From Squalus acanthias (Eukaryota), in contig CM059433.1 in the NCBI GenBank assembly GCA_030390025.1, forward strand, positions 22,012,001-22,076,000: a DNA stretch of 64,000 nt, read 5' to 3'. Shown here piece after piece: positions 35,700 to 48,286 of the stretch. Positions within the stretch are counted from its first letter, which is position 1; each line of letters starts with the position of its first letter. The translations under genes and the position numbers were made by a program. The notes below the pieces were generated by a model that saw only the letters and a program-made list of their open reading frames with translations, was not told the DNA's origin and made no database searches.

Positions 35700-36545
35700 T
35701 TTCTGCGTTAAATTTAATCTGCCACGTGTCCGCCCATTTCACCAGCCTGTCTATGTCCTCTTGAAGTCTATCATTATCCTCCTCACTGTTCACTATACTT
35801 CCAAGTTTTGTGTCATCTGCAAATTTTGAAATTGTGCCCTGTACACCCACATCCAAGTCATTAATATATATCAAGAAAAGCAGTGGTCCTACAACCGACC
35901 CCTGGGGAACACCACTGTATACCATCCTCCAGTCCAAAAAACAACCGTTCACCATTACTCTCTGTTTCCTATCACTTAGCCAATTTCGTATCCATGCTGC
36001 CACTGTCCCTTTTATTCCATGGGCTTCAACTTTGCTGGCAAGCCTATTATGTGGCACTTTATCAAACGCCTTTTGGAAGTCCATATACACCACGTCAACC
36101 GCATTGCCCTCATCAACCCTCTCTGTTACCTCATCAAAAAACTCAATCAAGTTAGTTAAACGCGATTTGACTTTAACAAATCCGTGCTGGCTTTCCTTAA
36201 TTAATCCATACTTGTCCAAATTACTGTTAATTTTGTGCCAGATTATCGTTTCTAAAAGCTTCCCCACTACCGAGGTTAAACTGACTGGCCTGTAGTTGCT
36301 GGGTTTATCCTTACACCCTTTTTTGAACAATGGTGTAACATTTGCAATTCTCCAGCCCTCTGGCACCAGCTCCGTATCCAAGGAGGATTGGAAGATTATG
36401 TACCTCGACTGTACCTGAACCATCTCCTCTTTCAAGGCAGCCCATTGTTCGATTACAGTTTTGCCTGCCAATCTTTGATTCCAATTTACTTGGGTCAAAT
36501 TCATTCTCAACCCACTGAAATTGGCCTTCCTCCAATTAAGTATTT
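35700..36545 (-). mobile_element. CR1 ORF2 fragment with in-frame internal deletion
   Basis: ORF 35656-36510 has RT motifs through FADD; the junction VQSRY|IIFQSSLD skips the EN-RT linker. Confidence 0.92.
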
Positions 36546-38154
36546 AATTTCTTGAATACAACTTAATGGCTTGCTAGGCCATTTCATAGGGCAGTTAAGA
36601 GTCAACCACATTGCTGTGGGTTTGGAGTCACATATAGGCCAGACTGGGCAAAGACAGTAGATTTCCTTCCCTAAAGGACATTATTGAACCAGATGGGATG
36701 AACCCGATATACAACATAAAATGTGTGTGTATGAATGAGCAATTTCTGTGAGAGCTGAAGATGTTGTTCATGTGGGCAAGGAATTTGTTTTTTTAGCCCT
36801 TAGTCTCCTGATAGATCTAGAAAACTGCCAGTCTTCCTGGCTGTCCCAATCTTATATTTTCTGATGCTGACAATAAAAAACAGTATTGCAGTACTAAATC
36901 AATACTTAACTATCAGGAGGAACTACTCTTTCCTGTACTAAACCACAGAAATAACTACTTATGTCTTGATATTTAATGAACAATATTTTCTGTTTGCACT
37001 GCTGTCTCATTTTTCCCCATTCTGTCCTCTTCCACTTTGTACCGCTCTCTGGCGTATATTATTTTCACTTTAGTTGCATGATTTTCTACCTTGTTGTTAA
37101 TTTTATTTTAAAGTTCAGTACCTTTTGCTTCTGTGTCTTCTTCTGCCTCCCTTTTCCCGCCTTTAAAAACATGGCTGCTAAGTCAGTGGTAACGATGTGA
37201 GGAATGACGACACCCGATCAAACTTTGATATGTATAAACATCTCAAAAAAGAAAGAGTTGCAAATAGATGAGTATGATCATCGATGGCCCAATCTTGCCC
37301 AGTCAGTAAATCATTATGGCATGCCAAGGGTTAATGGCTCCCAATAGGAATTCCTGGCAAGTTGGCGTCTACCTGTCCACACTGTTTGAGTGTCCATCTA
37401 TTTCTTTTTTTTCTCTCTTTCCTCTCTCCATGTGAGAAACACTACTGGAAAAATGTTCAGAATATTGTTGCAGAAGTATGAATGAAACAACGCAGGAACG
37501 TTTGGTATTCCACCTTTGGTGTGCCCTTCAGATTATGTTTAATAACCAGAGATTGCACGTGTGGCTGTGGGTTCTTTTAATCAGACTCAAACCCAATGTG
37601 TAACAAGCAAGTAAAGTTTAACAGCACAGAGAGCAAACAGGGCGATGTTCTTATTCCATTCTCCTTGCAACACCATGATTGTCTGTTCCCAAATGCCCAC
37701 TATCTGGAGGAGGCAGCCTTTCTGCTCTCTGTGACCCGTGGACGAAAATAATGTACTGGCATAGCCCGGTAACCTGAATAACCCTACAGGAAGCTGATTA
37801 AGAAGAAAAATTGGACAAGTGTAATCTTTTATGTTTCTATTTCTGTCTATTTCATCTGACTGATGAAATGTTAATGAGGATTGAATTCAAGTCTCGAACT
37901 AAATCTGGGCTGTGTGCTGGCACTGAGCATTTTTGTGCTAAAACTTAGTACTGTAGACCAAGGACAGATGCAGGTTCAAGCCCTGCTGTACTCAATTCCA
38001 GATTTCAGCTCTGCCAAGCCTGGTGGCTGCAGCATCTTCTAGTAGTGACAGAGAGAATCTAAGGATAAAGGCATGCTTGGGCAGTCCATGCCATCTCCTG
38101 GTAGTAACCTGGAAGTGGACTGTGCACCCCCCCCCCCCAGCTCTAGTGGCGTCA

Positions 38155-38597
38155 AACATAAGAAATAGGATCAGGAGTCGGCCATTTGGCCCCTCGAGCC
38201 TGCTCCGCCATTCAATAAGATCATGGCTGATCTTCTACCTCAACTCCACTTTCCTGCACTATCCCCATATCCCTTGGTTCCCTTAATATCCAAAAATCTA
38301 TCGATCTCTGTCTTGAACATACTCAACGACTGAGCCTCCACAGCCCTCTAGGGTAGAGAATTCCAATGATTCACCACCCTCTGAGTGAAGAAATTTCTCC
38401 TCATCTCAGTCCTAAATGGCCGACCCCTTATTCTGAGACTGTGACCCCTGGTTCTAGACTCCCCAGCCAGGGGAAACATCCTCCCTGCATCTACCCTGTC
38501 AAGCCCTGTAAGAATTTTGTATGTTTCAATGAGATCACCTCTCATTCTTCTGAACTCTAGAGAATATAGGCCTAGTCTGTTCAATCTCTCCTCATAG
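38155..38597 (-). mobile_element. CR1 3' fragment
   Basis: RLGLYSLEFRRMRGDLIETYKIL...RRNFFTQRVV plus the 3' UTR and tail. Confidence 0.93.
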
Positions 38598-40039
38598 CTC
38601 TCCTCAATCTCTCCTCCCTTGAGCTGGATAAAAAGAAAAAAAATGAGAGAAAAGGGAGGGAACTAACCTTCAAACTATGCCTATAGAAAAGAACACGGTT
38701 TAAGAAAAAAGTTGAGAAATGGGCTTGTAGATGATTTTCAGAGTCGATTGTGACGGAACCTCAAATCTTAACAGAATGTTGAAAGTCAAGGCACTGATAA
38801 TTCAGCAACTTTAAATTCTAACACCACATTTTGAGGAGCAAATTCATTTGCCCTCACTGAACGTCTAATATAAAAAGCAATAGCTAAAATGCCAAAAGTA
38901 ACTCGGAGAAGGCAACGGTTTCAATTCCACCTCTGCCACTTTCATTGTCGTGACAGACATTCAATTTCCACCAGCCCTAGCAAACCGACAACATAGAATT
39001 TCAATTACAATATTAATTTATTTCTCACTTATTTTCTCTCGGCGGGAATTCATTACGTTTATGATTACCAGCTTATGTATGTTACGTACCTATCCTTTTA
39101 AAGCAAAATAATATCTGACCGTGGAACACAGCACTAATCACACCGAGGAATTTAATTCTAAGCTAGTTCTTTATACCCAAGAGCTGAGCTGTGAGAGCTG
39201 CTCTCCAATTAGTAATTCGGCCATCAGTTGCTAATCCAATAAAATGCTATTTTTTACATTTTTGTTTGGCTTTATTCAGGCTTTGAGCTGTTGCATTTTA
39301 TTTAAAGGTTAATGGGCTGAAGGCTTGATTTCATTGTTAGGGTGTTGGATAGTTAACTGTCTAAGTATGTTGTATCTACAATCAAAGTGCAATGCAATGA
39401 AGAGGGTAAATCAGTTCTACTATAAATGGTGGTCTGACACGGGCACTTGCTGTAGAGCAGTGCGCGTTAGAAGCACTGCATTGCCTTTCATCTCCATATT
39501 ACTCTCTGGTCAAGGAAAGAGAGACATGGGCATGAATAAATAGAACTCTGCTCACTAACTTCAAAACACTGGTGACATTTTGAATGTCAGCAAAAGCCAG
39601 CGGATATTAACTTCAAAAACTGGACTGACTGCCTCTGAACATTCTGAAATTTACTCTGTGCCAGTTACAGTTATGCTACAACCAGTATACAGCCAAAGTG
39701 GTGTAACACTCCTCATAGTGGTCTCGTGCTGCTTTTGTAAAAAAACAAATCACGCTGAGATTGCTGCAGTCTGCTGCATAGATGAGTGGTTATTGGTACT
39801 TCTGACCTGTTGCCCAATTGTCCACTTGTTTCTTTTTGTTGGAAAAATTAAGGTGGAAGAGATGATGTAAGCTGGTTTTCCCTCTATTTCTATCACTTTG
39901 CCAATAGAGTTATAATTAAAGTCCTGCTCATCTGTATTTGTTTTAAAAAAATGGACTCAGCACTTGCTGCTCTCTATTGTTCTCCAGGCAGTGGGCAAAT
40001 AAAATGGCCAGTGCAGCGCATAATATTTCCTCCCACAAC

Positions 40040-40295
40040 CTCTACTGCAAGAAATACAAGAGCAACAATATCATGGGAAAACCATCACTTCTAAGTTCCC
40101 CTCCAATTCACACACCATCCAGACTTGGACATAAACCGCTGTTCCTTCATTGTCGCTGGGTGAGCAACCTGGAATTCCTTAAGTAACACCATTGCGGCTG
40201 CACTATCACCACAGGAACGGCAGCAATTCATCCCGCTAGGGATGGGCAGTAATTGCAGCATTGACAGTGTCATCCCTGTCCCATGAACAAACAAA
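40040..40295 (+). mobile_element. non-LTR retrotransposon 3' fragment, same family as 40610-41370
   Basis: AAGTTCCCCTCCAATTCACACACCATCCAGACTTGG is the near reverse complement of 40803-40840. Confidence 0.65.
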
Positions 40296-40609
40296 AGATG
40301 TACTGTTTGGATAAAATTGCTACTACTACTAGTAATCCCAATGTCCACTCCAACCGAGGGAAAACTGTACTCATTGTTTCCTTTACTCTGTTCTAGTGAT
40401 TATAGCAATCAGCCAATTCATAAAATGCAGCGAAGTGAAGAGGGCATATCAGTAATGCCCAGTGTTGAAGTGAATCATTGCATTACATAAATGTCCTTTG
40501 TGTATGATGCCTTCACAGTAAAAATAAGGTGAGGCTCTTCTTCTGATATACACAGTTTCTATTTAAAGAAGAAGCAAGCTGTTCCCAAAATAAGTGATAT
40601 TTTTTTTAA

Positions 40610-41370
40610 AGCATTCTTCAGGATGCGAGCGTCGCAGGCAAGGCGGCATTTATTGCCCACCCCTAGTTGCTTTTGGGAAGGTGATGGTTGACCTCCTTCT
40701 TGAGCAGCTGCAGTCCATATGATGAAGATACTGTCACAATGCTGTTAGGTAGGGAGTTCCATGATTTTGACCTAGGGACGATGAAGGAACAGTGATATAT
40801 GTCAAAGTCCGGATGGTGTGTGACTTGGAGGGGAACTTGGAGGTAATTGTGTTCCAAATACGCCTACTGCCCTTGTTCTTCTAGGTGGTGGAGATTGCAG
40901 GTTTGGGAGGTGCTGCCAAAGAAGCCTTGGCGACTTGCTGCAATGCATCCTGTAGATAGAATACTTTGCAGCAACGGTGCACTGTGGTGGAGGGAGTGGA
41001 TGTTTAAGCTGGTGGATGTGGTGCCAATCAAGCAGACTGCGTTGTCCGAAATGGTGTAGAGCTTCTTGAGTATTGTTGCAGCTGCACCCATCCAGGCAAG
41101 TGAAAAGTATTCCATCACACTTCTGACTTATGCCTTGTAGGTGTGGAGATGCTTTGGGGAGTCAGGAAGTGACCACTCACCACAGAATACCCAGCCTTTG
41201 ACCTGCTCTAGTAGCCATGGCTTTTATATGGCTGGTCCATTGAGCTTCTGGTCAATGGTGACCCCCCAGGATGTTGATGGTGGAGGATTTGGTGATGGAA
41301 ATACCACTGAATGTCAAGGGGAGATGGTTAACTTCTGTCTTGTTTGAGATGGTCATTACCTGGTGCATCT
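40610..41370 (-). mobile_element. non-LTR retrotransposon (CR1/L2-group) 3' fragment
   Basis: MEYFSLAWMGAAATILKKL...IHSLHH and KSWNSLPNSIV, typical post-RT C-terminal motifs; clade uncertain. Confidence 0.7.
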
Positions 41371-41569
41371 GTGATGTGCGAGTTAGCACATTCAGGAGAA
41401 GAGGGGAAGGGGAAGAAACATGATGTACATAGGACCACGATTGCTATTTTGAGAGACAACAGGGCAGAGCTGGCACCTTGTGCCCTCTGCCCAGCTTTAC
41501 CCGGCGGTACAGCCGAAGAAGACCAAAAATGCTAAGTTTAATTTTATTTTTGTGGGGCCAGGAGGTGCA

Positions 41570-41979
41570 CGAGTTTAGAAGAATGAGAGGTGATCTCATT
41601 GAAACATATAAGATTCTGACAGGGCTTGACAGGATAGATGCTGAGAGGCTATTTCCCATGGCTGAAGAGTATCGAACTAGGGGGCATAGTTTCAGGATAA
41701 GGGGTCGGCTATTTAGGATTGAGATGAGGAGAAATTTCTTCACTCAGAGGGTTGTGAATCTTTGGAATTCTCTACCCCAGAGGGCTGTGGAGGCTCAGTC
41801 GTTGAGTATATTCAAAGCACAGATCGATAGAATTTTGGACTCTAAGGGAATCAAGGGTTATGGGGATAGTGCAGGAAAGTGGAGTTGAGGTCTAAGATCA
41901 GCCATGATCTTATTGAATGGTGGAGCAGGCTCGAGCGGCCGTATGGCCTACTCCTGCTCCTAATTCTTATGTTCTTATG
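41570..41979 (+). mobile_element. CR1 3' fragment
   Basis: EFRRMRGDLIETYKIL...KGIKGYGDSAGKWS* followed by (TTCTTATG)2. Confidence 0.93.
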
Positions 41980-42074
41980 AGGTGTTTCTTGAAAGCTCTT
42001 GAAATGTACACTTGTTATTAAGCATCTGAAAGAGAATGACAAGTTAATATTTTAGATGGAATCCTTAAGGTAAA

Positions 42075-44396
42075 GGCATGGAAATTCCCTAGCTTAACGC
42101 CGTGTGTTTACCCGGATTTCTTCAAAAAATGGTGGCCGCCTCGTTTCCGGCGCGTGACATGGTGACCGGCATTTTGGTGACAGCCATAACGCTGCCATTG
42201 CCACCGCTGGCCTCTCAAATTCAAATGAGCAGATTATGACGTCAATCGGCGTGCAACACATGATTTGATTTAACGCCACGACTGCTATTTTGGACATCTC
42301 CACATGCCATAACTCTCACTTCTAAACTCCGCACAGAAGAACGTGCGCATAGTAGCCCTGTAGAGACGCTGTCAGCGCTTCTTAAAGGGACACGCACATC
42401 TTTCAGGTAAGTTTAGATTTCAGCTTTTGGACTTTTAAAATATTTTATTGAAGTAGTGGCTCGGTGCAATACATTTTAAAAGTACTGGACATTTGCAAGG
42501 CTTTGGATGGTAAAGAAAGGCCTCTGCAAAAACAGAAAATGCTGGAAATACTCAGCAGGTCAGGCAGCATCTATGGTGAGAGAAACAGAGTTAACGTTTC
42601 AGGTCGAGATGCTACCTGACCTGCTGAGTATTCCCAGCATTTTCTGTTTTTATTTCAGATTTCCAGCTTCCGCAGTATTTTGTCTCTGAGAAGACCACTT
42701 GCTCACAGTTCTGGGAGACAGCAAAGGGGTCAAGCTGCTTGCAGAAGGAAGAGGAAGAAGCTAAAGAGGAGGAAGCAGAAGAGGAGGAAGCAGAAGAGAA
42801 AGACCCAGAAGAGGAAGACGCAGAAGAGGAGCAAGCGGAAGAAAGGATGCCCCTTTCTGGCCGGGATATCCGGGATGGAATCATCTGCCTGGGGTACCAG
42901 TGAACACAACCCCAATTCCCCTTTCAGTATTTGTCCCACACCTTCCCTTCCCTCTGTTACTGACCATCACAACGTCCTCTTAGCCACAATGCTGAAATAA
43001 AAGCCACCACAAATCAAACTTTCCAATCCAACTTTATCCATATATTACATCAAAAAATCAACTGATCACCATTGTGCATTCCCTTAGTGACTGTCTTGTG
43101 TGTGCCTTTGCCTATCCTACTGATGTCATGCAGTGCTACCCCAGTGGCTGCAGCATGGCTGGTGGAAGGCTGCTTACTTTCAGTGAGGGACACTGCAGAT
43201 GGCCTTGCAGGACGACCTCGAGGAGTTGGTGGCTGGGAGTGTCAAATCGAATGACGGTGTTTCTTCTTCTTCTTCTTCTTCACTCTCCTCTCCCTCTTCT
43301 TGGTCAACTGCTGGCTGGGAAGGCTGGGATTCTTGGATGTCTGAAATGAGGAAGGCACAAGGGTAGGGTTGTGGTAAGGGGAGGGAGGGAAAACAAGAGA
43401 TGCATGCTTACAGCATGTGCAGCTTGTACATCAGAAGAGATTGTGGGATGAGAGGGAAATGGGATGTGAGAAGGAGGATAATGTCTGAGGATACCAGCAT
43501 CTTGTATTCTTTCAGCCCTGCCACTGGCCAAGGGCTCAGCCCTGCCAAGAATGGCCTGCACCGTCTCCTCCAAGAGGGTGAGGTGAAGCTAGGAATGTGA
43601 GGTGTGCCTCATGTTTAGTACAGATTGTTGGTAGATGAGTGATGGGGGAGTGGAGGTCGTGCACTGGTGAGGCTAGTGGTGCTGTTGATAGGAGAGGGCT
43701 TGTGAAGATGCATTCACTGACCTTGACTACTCGTCTGAGGTCGTGAAACTTCTTTGGGCACTGGAGCCAGGTCCTGGGGTGACACTGCTGGCAGTGACAG
43801 CCTCGGTGATCTGGTCCCACATCCTTCTTTCTGGAGGGCCTCTGGCCTCCTGTGGGTAGAGGACCTCTCTTTGAGTGTTGACCCAAAGCTGGAGTGCTGC
43901 GTGCGAGACCCTGGTTGCCCTTTCCCTGGCTTGTTGAGCCATTTGTTTTAGTGCTGAAGCACTTTTACATTTTTTTTACATGCAGATTGCAGTTCAGCTT
44001 TAAGAGCTGAAGACTGCCATTTTGGAATTATTTATAACGTTTATTTTTTTTTCAGAAGGCAGTTGAGCTCTAAGGGCTAATGACTGCCTATTTTTAAATG
44101 ATTTTTATTTTAGAAGGCAGTTCCCCTTTAAGGGCTCGAGACTGCTTTCTAAAATGACAGCCTAGCTTTAAGAAAACGCTGCCTCGCTCCAGGGACGCTA
44201 CGGCCACGCAACGTTGAGCCTCCTGCTGAGTGCAGCGCCTGAAGCAACGCGTTGCAAGGTAAGCTGTGCGCACAATCATTTAAATCAGCAGGCAGCGCCA
44301 AAATAACGGTGCTGCCTGTGCTCTTTATACGGGTGCGAGTTAACCTCGCCCCAAGGTGGTACCGCCCGTTTTCGGGCTTTATCGGATTTCGAGCCC
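42075..44396. mobile_element. third Harbinger relic (deleted)
   Basis: Imperfect TIRs GGCATGGAAATTCC / CGGATTTCGAGCCC flanked by AAA on both sides; acidic transposase tail at ~42740-42903; Myb exon 1 on - at 43942-43721 (MAQQARERA...MWDQI...RTWLQCPKKFHDLRRVVK|gtcagt). Confidence 0.75.
42528..42683. mobile_element. Penelope-like inverted terminal fragment (45-bp-arm hairpin)
   Basis: Arms 42528-42572 and 42607-42651 are reverse complements with 2 mismatches; a related single arm lies at ~11800-11910. Confidence 0.65.
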
Positions 44397-44529
44397 AAAG
44401 TGTTCTGAAGGAGTATCCCACCCAAAATATTAGCTGAGTTTTTTAGATACTGACTAATCCACTGTGCACTCCCAGTATCTTCTGCTTCTTTTCAGGCTTA
44501 GAGCATCTAACCGTTTTATCTGAGTAATT

Positions 44530-45385
44530 GCATTTATAGAGCGGCTTTAACATAGTAAAAGGTCCCAAGGTGCTTCACAGGAGCGTTATCAAACAGAATT
44601 TGACACCGAGCCACATAAGGAGATGTTTGGACAGCTGACAAAATTTTTGGTCGAAGAGGTAGGTTTTAAGGAGTGTCTTAAAGGTGGTGAGAGAGTTGGA
44701 GATGTTTAGGGAGGGAATTTCAGAGCTGAGCGCCTAGGCAGCTGAAGGCACGGCCGCCAATGGTGGAGCGATTAAAATTGGGGAGGTGCAAGAGACAAGA
44801 ATTGGAAGAGGTCTTGAGATCTTGGAGTGTTGTAGAGCTGGAGGAGGTTACAGAGTTATGGAGGGGTGAGGCCATGGAGGGATTTGAAAACAAAGATGAA
44901 AATTTTAAAATTGAGCTGTTGCCGGTCGCGAGCCAATGTAGGTCAGTAAGCACAGGGGTGATGGGTGAACGGGACTCGGTGCGAGTTAGGATACGGGCAG
45001 CAGAGTTTTGGATGAGCTCAAGTTTATGTAGGGTGGAAGCTGGGTGGCCAGCCAGGAGAGCATTGGAATAGTCAAGTCTAGAGGTAACAAAGGCGTGGAT
45101 GAGGGTTTCAGCAGAGGATGAGCTGATGCAGGGGCGGAGACGGGCGATTTTACGGAGGTGGATGTAGGCAGTGTCGGTGATGAAGTGGAAATGTGGTCGG
45201 AAGCTCATCTCGGTGTCAGATACAACACCAAATGGTCTGGTTCCGCCTCAGACAGTTGCCAGGGAGAAGGATGGAGTTGGTGGCGAGGGAACGGAGTTTG
45301 TGGCGGGGACCGAAGACAATGGCTTCGGTCTTCCCAATATGTAGTTGGAGGAAATGCCTGCTCATCCAATACTGGATGTCGGACA
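44530..45385 (-). mobile_element. L2-clade LINE 3' fragment
   Basis: LSDIQYWMS..FLQL.IGKTEAIVFG, ETLIHAFVTSRLDYSNALLAG and LHWL motifs; same family as 6535-7280. Confidence 0.92.
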
Positions 45386-45716
45386 ACACGGACTTAGATG
45401 TGCTTTTTACTTCCAATGGTCCAAATATTATGACATTTACATTGAAGATAAAGGCACAATAACGTTTCCTGAAATCCAGACTTTTTTAAAATTGTGAATT
45501 TGATGTGTGTTAGTTTATGGGGAAAGGATTGATATTCAGAAGTGATCTAATTGTCAGGATTATTGAGTATGTACTTGCTCTTGAAGTTGTGCTTTGTACC
45601 ATTCAAGATTTTATTTCCCTGAATACACGGTATCATAGGTAGTACACTGCAAAAGACGATTTTTGCAATACTGTCGGAATTGTCTGGACAGAAAACAACA
45701 TTAGGCCCAATTAGCC

Positions 45717-46012
45717 TTTATCTTCTGATGGATCGCAATCCCACTTTGCTCCTTCTCGCTGTAGCCATCAATCCCTTCTGATAGATCTGAATCCCACTTT
45801 CCTTACTCTCACTATATCTGTTAATCCCTTCTGATAGATCTCAATCCCACTTTACTACCTCTAACCATATCCCTCAATCCCTTCTGATAAATCTCAGTCC
45901 CAACTTCCTACCTCTCAACATAACAGTTAATCCTTTCTGATAGATCGCAATCCCACTTTACTGCCTCTCACCATATCTCTCAATTCCTTCTGAGAAATCT
46001 CAGTTCCCCCAC
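45717..46012 (+). repeat. 53-bp minisatellite, about 5.5 copies
   Basis: AATCCCTTCTGATAGATC-type unit starts at 45770, 45823, 45876, 45929 and 45982. Confidence 0.92.
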
Positions 46013-46084
46013 CTTCCTAACTTACTCTGAAAATTCATCCAAATGCCTCTTGAACTCATTTATGATCTCTGCTTCAACAAAAGG

Positions 46085-46540
46085 AAAGACTTGCATTTAA
46101 AAAGCACCTTTCATGACCACCGGACGTCCCAAAGCGCTTTACAGCCAATTAAGTATTTTTTGATGTGTAGTCACTGTTGTAATGTAGGAAATGTAGCAGC
46201 CAATTTGCGCTCAGCAAGCTCCCACAAACAGCAATGTGATAATGACCAGATAATTTGTTTTTGTTATGTTGATTGAGGGATAAATATTGGCCAGGACACC
46301 AGGGATAACTCCCCTGCTCTTCTTCAAAATAGCGCCATGGGATCTTTTACGTCCACCTAAGAGAGCAGACAGGGCCTCGGTTTAACGTCTCATCCGAAAG
46401 ACAGCACCTCCGACAGTGCAGCACTCTCTCAGCACTGCACTGGAGTGTCAGCCTAGATGTTTTGTGCTCAAGTCTCTGGAGTGGGACTTGAACCCACAAC
46501 CTTCTGACACAGAGGCGAGACTGCTACCAACTGAGCCACT
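46085..46540 (-). mobile_element. DeuSINE/SacSINE1-like SINE, full length
   Basis: Minus strand: GTGGCTCAGTTGGTAGCA (A box), GGGTTCAAGTCCC (B box), Deu-like core GGTGCTGTCTTTCGGATGAGACGTTAAACCGAGGCCC and L2-like tail ...AAATGCAAGTCTTT. Confidence 0.85.
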
Positions 46541-47891
46541 AGTCTTCCTTGGTGAGTTATTCCACAACTTCTTGCGCGAGAAGGTTCTTCCTCCTGATTG
46601 AAGTTTGTGCTCCTAATTTTCTAATTATTAACTTATGTTCTCTGGTATTTGAATACATTACTACAGTGGACAATTTTTCTTCATCAGCTTTATGAATTCT
46701 CTTCATAAACCTCAACACTAACAGGTCTTGAAATTTATTTTAAACGAGTTACCACCTCTGCTAAAATAGATGAAAGAGAATTTCAAAAGCGTTAAGCATT
46801 TGTATGCTATTATCGCACAATGTAATTTCAAAGCCCAGCTGACCTCTCCTCCAAAGCCACAAGTTTTCTTTGCATCTTAAATTGATGATGTAAGTCACCA
46901 GGTACAAGCTCAGTGCTTAAGCATTATCCACTGCATTATGCAGAGGTTATGATACCATTTATTTTAATACCACTATACTTAACTCAGTTGAAATAGCTGC
47001 AGATAATATGTGAGTGACTACAGATGGTATACATGTGTTAAGAAGATTCATCCATGGGGACAATGCTTTTGGTAAATTGGTATAATGCTGGTGTTACCTG
47101 TTATGGCTGCCATCACCATCCTGCGTATAAACATAACTGCAGAGTGGAAAACCTGCTGAAACAACATTGCTTTCTCTTTCCTTTCAGAGTTGGTGGATTT
47201 ACTGCACTTTGTCAGCACTTTGTTTTTCTTTCAAACCTGTTTTAATTTTGAACCCAATACCTAGGTGTTCTGTTTTCCAGCTCTCACATTGTTTGGGACT
47301 GCACGCCTTAGTTATTCAACATCCCTTGTTTCTTTCATGTTGTTTATTCAGCAATTATTCCTCTGATACTTCCTCTCTGTTTTTTCCCCTTTTTCTGATC
47401 CTATTATTATGCTTGTCCATCTCTTATTTTTCACTTACGAAGAAGGGTAAGAACCTGATGGACCTGTCATATCTTTCCTGTCCTTTGTGTTCTTGTTTCA
47501 GATTACCAGCGCTTGCAGTATTTTGCTTATTACTTTCTGAACACTGGCCCCATATAAATGCAGTCAATGATATCCCTGTAGCATTTTGTAGTTGAAACCA
47601 ATTACTCGCCGTACTTAAGGAGTGATAGTTTGTACATTGTTTGATATTTCAGTTTTTAATTGGACTGGCTCTGTATTAAATAGCTTCTGGCATTACTAAT
47701 ATTGGTGATGTCAAAGATGAGCCCTTTTGTTTGGTCAAATATATTAATCTCACTTTCAAACAGAGTAGGTGTCTTTCCTTGATTCGGAGCAGATAGCTGC
47801 AAGAGTTTTAAAAACAGTTAAGCTATAAAATATTAAAGATAGCACTTCTGTGTTTGTTTTCTGGCAAATCCGGTGACTTCAGATCTGATAA

Positions 47892-48128
<237 letters not shown>

Positions 48129-48286
48129 TGACTTTGCCTCAAAGACTGGGTAGTGCAGTGGATTAGAGTGTTTTCCCTGGAACTCTGGGCCCAGGATTAG
48201 AATCCAGCTCAGACTGCTGACATTAAAGGCTCTTCCTTTGCTGGCGTTAAGTGTTATAAAGTGAATGACTTGGGGCAATCTTACAA

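Noticed and set aside
42585..42606. Third complete hammerhead ribozyme
   Set aside because: Only the GAAAC half is present; the CUGANGA core is missing in this copy.
46470..46540. tRNA gene
   Set aside because: The A and B boxes belong to a SINE head that continues into the Deu core; no complete cloverleaf is evident.
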